From: Vulcanimicrobiota bacterium
Lineage (GTDB): Bacteria; Vulcanimicrobiota; Vulcanimicrobiia; Vulcanimicrobiales; Vulcanimicrobiaceae
Direction: 5' to 3'
DNA: 64,000 nt
Assembly (NCBI GenBank): GCA_963714015.1
Contig: OY970223.1
Coordinates: forward strand, 544,001-608,000
Each line of letters begins with the position of its first letter. The first letter of the stretch is position 1. A program made the translations under genes and the position numbers. Below, in pieces: positions 19,311 to 29,448 of the stretch. Under the pieces are notes generated by a model. It was not told the origin of the DNA, searched no databases, and saw only the letters and a program-made list of their open reading frames with translations.

Positions 19311-19754
19311 TCAGTACAATCCCAGCTCCGCCATGATGTCGGACACGTCGTCAGCAGGCTTGGCATACTCGGCCACGCGCTCGCGAGCCCAAACTTCCAC
19401 CCGCGTTAGTGAACCTATCGAAGTCACATCCCGCTCGATGGCCGCGAACGTCCGCAGCGACCCGGGAATCAGCAGGCGGCCTTGCGCGTCGCACGCGACC
19501 TCTTCGGTATGCGCGAACACGTGGCGAACGAAGCGCCGAAACCGGTCGTCCTTCGTTGCTGCAGTCTCCAATCGCGTGCAGATCTGCTCCCAAGCCGACT
19601 CGGGATAGAGCAGCAGACACGGGTCGGACGAGGAAATAGTTAAGATGAAGCCTGTGCCTAGCCGCTCCCGGAACCGCGCAGGCACGATGAGACGCCCCTT
19701 CTCGTCCAGGGCGTGCTCGACCGAGCCGGTGAAGCGCGGCAAGTCCGCGTGCAA
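19311..19754 (-). CDS. mraZ: Division/cell wall cluster repressor MraZ
   Basis: DEKGRLIVP and DAQGRLLIP repeats. TTG start after AAGGGAGG. Confidence 0.95.
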   Translation of the reverse strand: MHADLPRFTGSVEHALDEKGRLIVPARFRERLGTGFILTISSSDPCLLLYPESAWEQICTRLETAATKDDRFRRFVRHVFAHTEEVACDAQGRLLIPGSLRTFAAIERDVTSIGSLTRVEVWARERVAEYAKPADDVSDIMAELGLY

Positions 19755-19770
19755 GCTACCCTCCCTTGGT

Positions 19771-19823
19771 CACCACTTTGCACCACTTTGCACCACTATA
19801 CGCTTACGGCTCTCCCCATGCAA
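19771..19823 (-). promoter_or_regulatory. dcw promoter (TTGCAT-N17-TATAGT) with three MraZ-type GTGGTG repeats
   Basis: -35 at 19818-19823 and -10 at 19795-19800. CACCAC repeats three times at 10-bp period over 19771-19800. Confidence 0.85.
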
Positions 19824-19989
19824 GGCCGGTACGCAGGCCTAAAACTTAGCGGAAGTTCGGGATTGACGGGACGTATTCGAACGCGTGTTCGATGCTCGAA
19901 CTGAGCGGTACGTTTCGAGGCAACGGCCGCGTAAATGATGCGACTGAAACATGCCGGAATGATCCTGAAGGACGCTAAAGCGGGAAACG

Positions 19990-21114
19990 ATGTTCGGCAA
20001 AGCGATCGCCATTGCGGCCATAGCCATCGCAGCGATTTCGGTTGTTTCAGCAAACGCTGAACCCTGGCGTGTGCCGCCGAGCACCAAGATCATCACCGAA
20101 CCGGTCACCTTTCATGACGCAGGCGCGACGCTGCGAGGAACGGTTTACATTCCGGATGTCCCAAAAGAAGTGCCGGCGATTGTCGTATTGCATGGAGCGT
20201 CGGAGCCGCTCGCAAGCACGCCCCTTTACGAACACCTGCGGTACGCGCTGCCCCAAATCGGCGTAGCGGTGCTGCTTTTCGACCGGCGCGGAACGGGAGC
20301 ATCGACCGGGAATCCAAAGGTGCCGTACAGCACGCTCGCCGAGGACGGTATCGCAGGCGCGCGCGCCGTTCGAAAGTTGCGGAACATCGACCCAAAGCGC
20401 GTAGGATATTGGGGCATAAGCCAAGGCGGATGGCTCGCAACGTTCTCAGCCGCCAGAGATCCCCAGGCCGCGTTCGCGGTTGCCGTGTCCGCACCACTCG
20501 TAACTGCAGAAACGCAGATGGAGTTTGCCATGTCAAACCAGCTCACTGTTCTGGGCTTCGGCAAGGCGGACATCGACGACATGCTACAAGCGCGCCGCGA
20601 ATTGGACGGATACTATAACGGCCGAAATTCGCGGACCGGCGCGGTAACCGCCCTAAGCAAAATCAGCGGCAAATCGTGGTTCAAGCTGATGTATCTGCCG
20701 GCGCCTCAGTCCGTACCTAAAACGTCCGCTTCGCGCTCGGCATACGTATGGCGCACCCAAATGGACGTCGATTCGGTCGCGTCGTTGTCGCAGGTGAAGG
20801 TGCCGACGCTTTTCCTCCTGGGCGATTCAGACCCGTGGATTCCCGTTCAGCGCACCACCGAGCTGCTTCGGGCGGCGTCGAAGAAACAGCCTTTGCTGAG
20901 CTATGCCGTCGTAGCCGACGCCAACCATCTCATGATGATCCCTCCGGCAAAGGAACGAATGAGCGATGCGTCCCCGGCCGAGGTAGCTGTGGAGAGACCT
21001 CAAGCGCCGGCGTATTTCCTGATCTTGGCCGCTTGGCTGCAAAAGAACGTCCTGGATCGGGGCGATGTACCGTTATGGAAAGCTGACAGGCGCCTGCCCG
21101 ATAGGACTAAGTAG
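19990..21114 (+). CDS. Secreted alpha/beta hydrolase (S9/S15-like)
   Basis: Signal peptide, LHGA, DRRGTG.S, GISQGG nucleophile, D and H triad residues. Confidence 0.85.
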   Translation: MFGKAIAIAAIAIAAISVVSANAEPWRVPPSTKIITEPVTFHDAGATLRGTVYIPDVPKEVPAIVVLHGASEPLASTPLYEHLRYALPQIGVAVLLFDRRGTGASTGNPKVPYSTLAEDGIAGARAVRKLRNIDPKRVGYWGISQGGWLATFSAARDPQAAFAVAVSAPLVTAETQMEFAMSNQLTVLGFGKADIDDMLQARRELDGYYNGRNSRTGAVTALSKISGKSWFKLMYLPAPQSVPKTSASRSAYVWRTQMDVDSVASLSQVKVPTLFLLGDSDPWIPVQRTTELLRAASKKQPLLSYAVVADANHLMMIPPAKERMSDASPAEVAVERPQAPAYFLILAAWLQKNVLDRGDVPLWKADRRLPDRTK

Positions 21115-21183
21115 CAACTGGCCAAGGTTTGCAGTATAGTGGAAGTGCCGGGCGGTTAGAGCTTCTCGAGGAGGGACCGTCAA

Positions 21184-21567
21184 ATGACTCGCCTTCTGAG
21201 CCGGCGCTCTATCGTTTTCTTAGCAGCCTATCTGCTAATGACGATATCGGTCGTGCTCCCATCAGCTCCCGCGAACGCATGCAACAAGTCGTTTCGCGTT
21301 TACAACGATACCGACACCGCGATCGAACAGCTCTTCGTTTCTCCAACGTCCGCCTCTAATTGGGAAGACGACGTGCTCGGAGATAACATGCTCGATTCCG
21401 CCGAGAATACTTTGATCGACATGTCAAGCGATCAACGCGACTTGAAGATGTACGACGTCAAAGCGGTATTCACCAACGGCGCCGTGGTCATCGGCGACAA
21501 AATTCCGATTTGCGCGGCCGTACACGTACATATTCGGGCGAGCGGAGTCACCTACACGACAGAATAG
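21184..21567 (+). CDS. Small secreted hypothetical protein
   Basis: Signal peptide, F.VYNDT, LFVSP, NWEDDVLG, YDVKAVF. GAGG RBS. Confidence 0.7.
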   Translation: MTRLLSRRSIVFLAAYLLMTISVVLPSAPANACNKSFRVYNDTDTAIEQLFVSPTSASNWEDDVLGDNMLDSAENTLIDMSSDQRDLKMYDVKAVFTNGAVVIGDKIPICAAVHVHIRASGVTYTTE

Positions 21568-21716
21568 GGGCCCGGCGTGCCGTTGCAGGGAACCCCCCGG
21601 CGAGAGGTAAGACGTCTGATGTGTTGAAGGGAAAGCGGCATCATGCCGATTTCTTCCGGCTGCCGAATCGACGGCGAGGACGTAGGTGCACTCGGTAAAA
21701 CACCCGTTCGCATGGC

Positions 21717-24211
21717 ATGCTTCGCCGGCGATGCCGGGATCGGTGCGTTTCCGTAACGCGACTGATTGACGCCAATCTCGGGCGAGCAACTCTTGTATCT
21801 CTCGCCATGGCGCTGACGTCCGCCGCTTCTGCGAGCGCGGCAGATCTCGGCGGCTACGTGCACCGGACCGTGCAGGCGCCCTACCGATTCCTCGACACGA
21901 TCGTACGTCTTCATTTCGACATCGGCGCGGGAATCGTCTATGGCCGCGAGACGGCCATAATCTCCGCAAAAGGCGCGATGCAGGACATCCCGTTCAACAC
22001 GAGCGGCATCCACTACCGTAGCATCACCGTCAGCGGAATACCCAGCGCCTATGCGGTACGCGAGCGCGAAGAAAGGCTGACGATCCGCCTCGCCAAACCG
22101 GTCACCGCCGGCAAACGGCTGCGCATCGATTTCGACTACTGGGCAAAACCGCGGCGCGGCCTTTACTTCATTCGACCGGACAAGTCATATCCGAATGAAA
22201 CGCCGCAAATCTGGACGCAAGGGGAGCCTACGGACAACCGCGCGTGGTTTCCCACTTGGGATCAGCCGAATGAAAAAACTCCGAGCGAACTGATCGTCTC
22301 GGTACCGCACGGCTGGACCGTCATCGGCAACGGATATCTCAAGACCCACACTCGCCTCGCTTCCCACGACGTATGGGATTGGGCCGCGCCCCGTCGGAAA
22401 TCAACATATCTCATTGCCTTTGCCGCCGGACCGCTCGTCGAATGGCACGACGCGCTCGGACGCCTTTCCATCGACTCGTTTGTGAAACCGCCGTTAGCAC
22501 CTTTCAACGCACAGTGCTTTCGCGAAACGAAAGCAATGGTCGCGTTCTACCAGCAGATCACAGGCACGCCGTTCCCGTTTGCGAAATACGATCAGATCGC
22601 TGCCGAACGTTTCATATTCGGCGGTATGGAAGACGCGTCCGATACGATAGTCACGGAGGTTGCGCTCCATCCCGCAATCGAAGAGGCGGAAAACCCATGC
22701 GATCGGCTCGTCGCGCACGAACTAGCGCAGCATTGGTACGGTGACGACGCGACGATGGCAGACTGGGCCGACATCTGGCTGAACGAAGGTTTCGCGACGT
22801 ACTACGACGAGCTTTGGACCGAGCATCGCTTCGGCGTTCCCGATTTCGAGTATGCGCGTTACAATGCGCAGCAGGCATATTTCTCAGAGGCGCAGCTGTA
22901 CCAGCGCCCCATCGTTGACTATAAATACGCAAATCCGCTCCAAGATGTTGATCGACGCCAGCAGCCACGAACGTCCCGCGCAAGTCCTCCACATGCTGCG
23001 GACGATGGCCGGCGATGCGCGCTTCTTCGCCGCCGTCGACGCCTATCTGCACGAGTATACCTACCGCAACGCCGACACGCATCAATTCTTCAAGGCGATC
23101 GGCAAGTCGCTCGGCATGAACCTCGATTGGTTCGAAAACGAATGGTTTTATCGTGCGTCGTATCCGCGCTTCGTCGTGTCGCAAAAGTACGAAACCGCAA
23201 CGCGTACGCTGCTGCTGCACGTGGAGCAGCACAACGTCGACGGACGCCCGTTTCGCATGCCCATCGCCGTGGAAGTCTTTACGGACGGCCGCACGATCTC
23301 CACGACGGCGATACTGCGGAGGAACGTGCAGGATCTCTCGATCGAGAACGTCCGCTCGTATCCGCAGATGGTGCTCTTCGATCCCGACAACAATCTCTTG
23401 CGCCGGCTAACGTTCGGGAAAACCACAGCCGAGCTGGCATACCAGCTGTCACATGCACGCCACGTCGGAGATCGTGAATGGGCGCTCGCGAAACTCGCGA
23501 GCGACGCTAGCGCTTCGCCGCCCACGCATGCGGCTGCGTTGAGAGCGATCCGGTACGCCGCCGGCTACGATCCGTTCTGGGGGGTTCGTCAGGACGCGGT
23601 TAGCGCAGCCGCGAGCTTCGATGACGCCGTGGCGGTCGAGCGCGCGTTGCACGACGCGGACGTACGCGTTCGCATCGCCGCCGAAAACGCCGCCGGCCAT
23701 CTCCACGGTCCGCCCGCAGCATTGGTCGCCGCACTGCAGCGAGATTCCAGCGACGCAAATCCGGATGTCGCCGCCGCCGCGCTCACGGCTCTCGGCGCGC
23801 TGCGGCCGCTGCAAGAATGGGAGCGCCTGACCTCCGCGCTCAATCATGCATCCTTTGGCGACGCCGTGGCCATCGGAGCGCTCAATGGACTAGCGGTCCA
23901 CTGCGATCGGTCGGCATACGAGCTCGATTCGGCAGCGCACGGCGTACGGCATCGACGAGCCGGAACGAGACGCCGCCGTTCAAGCGCTCGCGCAATGCGC
24001 GCTGCAGCGCAAAGAGCCCGATCTGGCACTCAAGCCGCTTACGAATCTCGCTTTGTACGATCCGCTGATCTCGACGAGAATCGCGGCGGCAGCCGCGCTT
24101 GGAACGCTGCACGACAAGCGGGCCATTCCGTCACTCCAACGCATCGAAGCGACCGATCCGCTCGAGCTCGTGCGCGAAAATGCGCGCGCCGCCGTCACCG
24201 CACTGCGATGA
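21717..24211 (+). CDS. M1-family aminopeptidase with C-terminal HEAT repeats (two +1 frameshifts, near 22945 and 23925)
   Basis: GGMED, HELAQHW...WLNEGFA zinc motif. Reading continues through three frames to TGA 24209-24211. Start uncertain. Confidence 0.82.
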
Positions 24212-24226
24212 CGAGCGCCGGGCCCG

Positions 24227-24937
24227 TTAACGCCGGCGCAGCAACGCTTCGATTCCCTCGCGCGATCCCTGCAGGTGGGATTTCGCCAGCCTACGCACCT
24301 TTGAGATCTCGCCCCGCGCGATCGCCGAACACAACGCGTCGTGCAGCGTGTCGTCCTCGTCACGAATATAACGCGCATCGATGGCGGCATTGACTGCAGG
24401 CTTCGCGATCTCGACGAGGGAGGCATAAATGTCGTACAATGCGGTGTTCTTCGCAGCCCGCGCGATCGCAAGATGAAAATCGAAATCAGCATCGCCATAC
24501 GCCGCAACGTCGCCGAGCTTCGCCGCCGCTGCCCGCAGCTTGAGCGCTTTACGCATCGCCGCCACATCACGCGCGCTGCGCCGCGCGGCAGCCAATTCCG
24601 CAAGCGGCACTTCAAGGACGAGCCGCGCCTCGTAGAGGTCGTTCAATGCGGCACGCCCGAGCCGTTCCTCAAAGCTTTCGCGCAGCGCCCCTTCGGCTAC
24701 GAACGTTCCCTCGCCATGGCGCACGTTCACGACTCCCGTGCTCGATAGCACGCGCATCGCCTCGCGCACCGTCGAACGGCCCACGCCAAACGTTTCGCTT
24801 AGGGCTCCCTCCGGGGGCAAACGGCCTCCGACGGCATACGTACCGTTGACGACCAGGGCGCGAATCCGATCGGCAACCTGCTGCGCGAGGCTGTCCCGCT
24901 TTACTCTTCGGGCCGGCATGAACATCGCTTCGTCCAC
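24227..24937 (-). CDS. GntR/FadR-family transcriptional regulator
   Basis: RLPPE..L...FGVGRSTVREA, G.GTFV, FCD motif DFDFH. Start may be 24925. Confidence 0.88.
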   Translation of the reverse strand: MDEAMFMPARRVKRDSLAQQVADRIRALVVNGTYAVGGRLPPEGALSETFGVGRSTVREAMRVLSSTGVVNVRHGEGTFVAEGALRESFEERLGRAALNDLYEARLVLEVPLAELAAARRSARDVAAMRKALKLRAAAAKLGDVAAYGDADFDFHLAIARAAKNTALYDIYASLVEIAKPAVNAAIDARYIRDEDDTLHDALCSAIARGEISKVRRLAKSHLQGSREGIEALLRRR

Positions 24938-25163
24938 ATGGCTTCCGCCGCCTCGAACTATTGCCAGGCCCGCGTGTATCGGGATCTGAACGCATCCTGC
25001 GCCCGCAGTTCGCATTCGGTGCGCAGATGGTTGGCCATTTCCACTCGACAGGCACGCTCGAAGCGCTCCGCCAAGTCACCATTTTGAGATCAATTGCGTT
25101 CTAGAGGCTTGAGTGCACGTCACTGTGCTCGATCAGGCAACAGAACGAAAGGAGTACGAGATC

Positions 25164-25526
25164 TTGAAGGAAGTTTCCCTAATCCTCTATCCTGCAGCAG
25201 ACGTAACGAAAACCAAGCAGTTTTTTCGCGAGCTCACCGGTGTCGACCCTTACGTAGATTCACCGCAATATATCGGCTACAAGAATGGCGATATGGAAAT
25301 CGGACTGGTTCCAAGCAAACGCGAATCGGGTGGCCTTCCGTATTGGACCGTAAGCGACATCGAGGCCAGCATTAAAGCGCTCGTCGATGCGGGCGGCACA
25401 GTCGAGCAGCAGATCACCGACGTCGGTTACGGGTTGCTGGTTGCCAGCGTCAAGGATCCCGGCGGATCGAGCGTCGGCTTGCGGCAGTTCCCGAAAGGTA
25501 ATGATCAAAGCGCTGGTCCGGCTTGA
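25164..25526 (+). CDS. VOC (glyoxalase-like) protein
   Basis: YW.VSDIEA....DAGG, VKDPGG..VGL. AGGAG RBS before TTG 25164. Confidence 0.85.
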   Translation: MKEVSLILYPAADVTKTKQFFRELTGVDPYVDSPQYIGYKNGDMEIGLVPSKRESGGLPYWTVSDIEASIKALVDAGGTVEQQITDVGYGLLVASVKDPGGSSVGLRQFPKGNDQSAGPA

Positions 25527-25608
25527 ATCTGGGGCTTATTCGTCCTGTCTTGCTTGTCTCGCAACTAGGGCAGCAATGAAGAAGAAGGCGCCGGCATTGG
25601 CAAACGCG

Positions 25609-26481
25609 TCAGGACGCTGCGTGGGCATTCGGCGCAGAGCGGACGGGCCAAACGGTCAGTACGCGCGATTGCCAATCGAAAATCGTATTAAAGCGGCGCA
25701 GCAAACCGTCGCCGATGCTTCCCATCAGGCTCGAGGTCGAAAAAGCGCCCGCATTTCCGAGCGGTATGCGGGTGCGCACGTCCGGCACGGAAAATCCGAA
25801 AACCGTTCACCGTGCTCGAGAAGACGTCACCGCGGATCGGGCCGCCGATGCCGTAACCGGTTACCACGTTGCGTGCGCTCATGGGCAACGCGTAAAAGCC
25901 TTTTGCGCGCGCGAACCGCTGAAACACCGTAAGAGCGGAACGATCGCCCGTATCGACGGCCATATCTCCGTGCACGCCGTTGATTGCGCCCTTGACAACG
26001 ATAAGCCCGTCTTTAACCTCAAATGGAATCCGGTGCGCGCTCGCCGGAGCTTCGGGCATCGTGGAAGAGACCGCCAGGAGACGACCGTCCATGTCTATCG
26101 CGGTGTACCGCGTCCTCAAAGCGTCGTAGCCGATAATTCCGTCGAGTTGGGGAAACCCGAAAATTTTGCGGATGGCGTCGAGACTCACCACCAAGGCCGG
26201 CATTCTTCCCGTACGGTAGCTCCCAGCTGCACACTGCGTATTTCGGTCAGATACGTCTGCGCGCGCCGGGCGCCTGCGCCCCCGACGAGGGGTCCGCGCT
26301 TCAACGCGAGATGCAATTGCGCCGCGGCTTGAGGCGTAAGTCCGATGCCGTTGGTTCCCGTATCGAATATCATGGCAAAGCCGCGCTTGCCGTTGACGTC
26401 TGCGCGAACGACGATGCGGTTGTCGACGATTTGAAACGGCACTCGCGTCTGCAGCGCCGCAGCAAGTACGAGGGCGACCAT
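25609..26481 (-). CDS. Secreted two-domain retropepsin-like aspartyl protease (frameshifts near 26210 and 25805)
   Basis: FDTG...GIIGYD and VDTG...GSIG motifs recovered across frames. Confidence 0.75.
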
Positions 26482-26596
26482 CTGCCGCTCGAAGTTGCGG
26501 CTTATTTTGCACGCCCCTGCTTGCCGCAATTATGGCATCGCATAGAGGAACCAACCGCTATTCCGAACACCAGTTCGCAGCCTGATTTTTTTTGCA

Positions 26597-26626
26597 TGTC
26601 GAAATCGGCCGGCCTCGGGCGACGTA
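26597..26626 (+). promoter_or_regulatory. ECF42-type promoter (TGTCGA-N17-CGAC)
   Basis: Motif lies directly upstream of a DGPF/YciI gene, the known ECF42 target class. Confidence 0.6.
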
Positions 26627-26663
26627 TCAGCAGAGCACGTTCACTCGATAGGAGCAACCGCAC

Positions 26664-27011
26664 ATGAAAGTAGTTTCCATATTCACGATCGATCCCGCGA
26701 CTGCTAAGCCTCCGACTCCCGAAATGCAGCAGCGCATGGGCGAACTGATCGGCGAGATGCGCGCGAAAGGGATTCTTATCGAAACCGGCGGCCGCGGTCC
26801 GTCCAGCGACATGCTCGAGCTGCGGGTCTCGCGCAAAAGCGGGTCATACGACGTAACGGACGGCCCGTTTGCCGAAGCCAAGGAAGTCGTCGGCGGGTTC
26901 GCGCTCATGGAGCTTCGCGATCGTGACGACGTCATCGCTTGGTCTAAGCGGTTCCTCGATATTGTCGGCGATGCGACCTGCTATCTGCACGAAGTCGAGA
27001 TGGCTCCCTAG
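26664..27011 (+). CDS. YciI/DGPF-family protein
   Basis: VTDGPFAEAKEVVGGF. Confidence 0.9.
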   Translation: MKVVSIFTIDPATAKPPTPEMQQRMGELIGEMRAKGILIETGGRGPSSDMLELRVSRKSGSYDVTDGPFAEAKEVVGGFALMELRDRDDVIAWSKRFLDIVGDATCYLHEVEMAP

Positions 27012-27013
27012 CC

Positions 27014-27403
27014 ATGCAAGTCGCACGCACGGTCGTTCGGATACTGATCGGTTTACTGTTCGTCTTTGCGGGAGTGATGACGTTCGTCATCGCCCCGCCG
27101 CCGCAGCCGGGCTTAGCCGGAACCGTAAGCGAAGCGCTGTACCGTTCGCATTGGTCGTTTTTCGTAGCGTTCGCTCAAATCGCTCTCGGTGCGTTGTTCT
27201 TATGGAATCGATACATGCCGATAGCGCTCGTAATACTCTTCGCATTCCTCTACAACAGCCTTGCGTTCCACTTGGGAACTTCGCCGGCATTTGCTCCGGT
27301 TCCAATCGTCATCGCGGCGCTGGCAGTTTTCGTGGCGTGGCCGTACCGCGCCGCCTTCGCGCCGTTATTTCGGGCTAAGCCCGAGATGAATCGTTTGGGC
27401 TAA
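27014..27403 (+). CDS. DoxX-like membrane protein
   Basis: Four hydrophobic helices, RILIGLLF..AG, N...FH. Confidence 0.7.
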   Translation: MQVARTVVRILIGLLFVFAGVMTFVIAPPPQPGLAGTVSEALYRSHWSFFVAFAQIALGALFLWNRYMPIALVILFAFLYNSLAFHLGTSPAFAPVPIVIAALAVFVAWPYRAAFAPLFRAKPEMNRLG

Positions 27404-28092
27404 TCTTTTCCGAAAGCGTAGGATGGGAACGTCACGCTTTCGAGCCGGAGCGAACTGGTAAAGGGTGCGTCGGTGCGATCGTTCGGCGGCGGAGTCCAAA
27501 CGGCGTCAATCCGGGATATCCACCACGTTTGGTTCGGGGGAAACGGCTCGAACGCGTAATCGATGAGCCCGGACCAGCCGTTTTGGTGCATGGCGTACGT
27601 AAGTTTGCGCACGTCGGAAGTCTGCGCGTCGACCCAGACGGCACGCAGAGGATAATAGTCCGGGTCGCCCAGCGGCCTAAGCACCAAGTGGTAACATTCT
27701 CGGCCGTCCACCGGCTCCTCACCGGCCGGCGTGACGTCGTAGTGAATCGCATGCACCGATGCAATCGTGCGCAAGTCTGAAACAAACGGATCGATCTGGG
27801 TGCTATGCGGATACTGCGCCGCAATGTTGAATCCCAGCGGCGAGCGTCCCGGTCCGACGCAAGCCGGTCCTATCGACGTCGCCGGCTGCGGCGAGTCCGA
27901 GTCGAGCTCGCGTGTTTTACACCAGTGGTCCTCGGTGCGCAGCAGCACATGTTCGATTCCGGTCGTGACTTTGCCGCCGGCGTTAACGTGCTTAATCCGC
28001 ACGTCGAAATCGATGAACGGCGGCAGCCTGCGGCTCTCCCAGGCGCTTTGCGCCTTTTGGAAGATTGCTAACGGTGGAGGCGGTTGGAGCAT
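27400..28092 (-). CDS. Hypothetical protein, paralog of 2688..3644 (LolA/RseB-like)
   Basis: YHLVLRP..DP...LRAVWVD..T...RK. Confidence 0.7.
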   Translation of the reverse strand: MLQPPPPLAIFQKAQSAWESRRLPPFIDFDVRIKHVNAGGKVTTGIEHVLLRTEDHWCKTRELDSDSPQPATSIGPACVGPGRSPLGFNIAAQYPHSTQIDPFVSDLRTIASVHAIHYDVTPAGEEPVDGRECYHLVLRPLGDPDYYPLRAVWVDAQTSDVRKLTYAMHQNGWSGLIDYAFEPFPPNQTWWISRIDAVWTPPPNDRTDAPFTSSLRLESVTFPSYAFGKD

Positions 28093-28099
28093 CTAGTGC

Positions 28100-28921
28100 T
28101 CAAGGAACGATTGCAACAACGCGGGCGGGGAAGCCCGAGCCGCCTTTCGGTTTTGCGAACGTCACCATTACAAGCGCTCCGGCATCCGGGACACGATCCA
28201 GATGTGCGAGCATTTCTATTTGATAATGGCCTTGGTGGAGGAGCCAGGACTCCAGTGAATAGTCGTTGTGGGAAGCTGCCACGCCGGGATCCGTGTCGGT
28301 CGTCTCGTGTCCAGTCGCGGTGACGTGACGCACTTGGTACAAGTACTTGAGTACCGGCATGCTCCATCCGGGGTAGTGCGCCACACCGTGCGCGTCTTTG
28401 TTGGCCATAGCAGCGGCGTTAGGCCAGCGTTTCGACCAGTCGGTTCGCATCGCAACGAAGGCGTCCGCCGGTATAGGACCATGAGCGGACTCCCACGCAC
28501 GCACGTCTGCCATGGTGAGCGTATAGTCGGAATTGCGCGCAACTTTCCCGTGCACGTCGATGACTACTAACGGCAGCAGCATCTGGCTGGGGTCGATTTG
28601 ATCCACGGTGCGGCCGCCGGGCGCGAAATGCGCCGGAGCGTCGACGTGCGTTCCCCATTGGCCCACGTGACAGAACTCCTGCGCGAGAAATCCATCGTGC
28701 CGGTAAGTGTAGAGCGTCTTCACAGTCTCATCGGGGAAACCGGGCCAGTGCGGAATACCGGGGGCAAACGCGTGCGTCAGGTCGACGAAACGATGCGCGT
28801 GCAGCGTGCGGTAAGCTTGCGTCAACGTCGGAGGTGCCTGCGCGGGAGCGCGCAGCGCAGCAGCTCCGTAACCAATTATCGAGCCGGCAAATACGAGAGC
28901 CGCTGCTGCCGATAATTTCAC
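28100..28921 (-). CDS. Secreted cyclase-family (kynurenine formamidase-like) metallohydrolase
   Basis: VDLTH, GTHVDAPAHF, GHETTDTD, GGSGFPAR. Confidence 0.88.
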   Translation of the reverse strand: MKLSAAAALVFAGSIIGYGAAALRAPAQAPPTLTQAYRTLHAHRFVDLTHAFAPGIPHWPGFPDETVKTLYTYRHDGFLAQEFCHVGQWGTHVDAPAHFAPGGRTVDQIDPSQMLLPLVVIDVHGKVARNSDYTLTMADVRAWESAHGPIPADAFVAMRTDWSKRWPNAAAMANKDAHGVAHYPGWSMPVLKYLYQVRHVTATGHETTDTDPGVAASHNDYSLESWLLHQGHYQIEMLAHLDRVPDAGALVMVTFAKPKGGSGFPARVVAIVP

Positions 28922-29250
28922 GCTGCACCTCCGGAACGAATGCGAACGTAGCCTTGCAGCCGGCGCTTCGCCTTTTTGAAGGCACCGCGGACGGCGAGAA
29001 CCGGATCTCTGAAGGCCGGCTCCAATTCGCCGTCCTCGCGATTGATGAAGATGTCTTCGCCCGGCACGCTCACTACGATTCGCGCGTGAAACGGCGCGCC
29101 GGCACGTTTATGGGCGTGCTCCACGACCACTCGGCAGGCGATGATGTGATGATAATACTTATCCAGCCGCTCCGCCTCACGGGTAATGAGCTGATCGAGC
29201 GCTTCAGAGTGCCGTACGTCACGGTACGAGATCTGCACGGGAATAGCCAT
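28918..29250 (-). CDS. HPF/RaiA-family ribosome-associated protein
   Basis: PVQISYR...SEAL, I.ACRVV, VPG, A.RGAF..A.RRL. GGAGG RBS. Confidence 0.82.
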   Translation of the reverse strand: MAIPVQISYRDVRHSEALDQLITREAERLDKYYHHIIACRVVVEHAHKRAGAPFHARIVVSVPGEDIFINREDGELEPAFRDPVLAVRGAFKKAKRRLQGYVRIRSGGAA

Positions 29251-29448
29251 ACGCAAGCGCCTCCGGAGGAGGTTTTCCGCATCTAACTCGCTCGTCCCGC
29301 CTCCCCGAGAAGATCTCGCGTTCTCCGGTTTTTCTCGACGAAGGCTCCTGGCTAACGTATCGTTCGCAACGGCGGTCATACTGCATCCGTTCGGATGATC
29401 CGTTCGGAGGCTGGCGCGTATATCTCGACAACCGTAGGATGTGTAGGG

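Noticed and set aside
19771..19800. 10-bp tandem repeat as CRISPR or VNTR
   Set aside because: No spacers; explained as MraZ sites.
21610..21660. CTGATG...GAAA as a hammerhead ribozyme
   Set aside because: Core A9 is missing and stem II cannot form.
29251..29384. raiA-motif RNA upstream of the HPF/RaiA gene
   Set aside because: No conserved features recognised by eye; needs cmscan.
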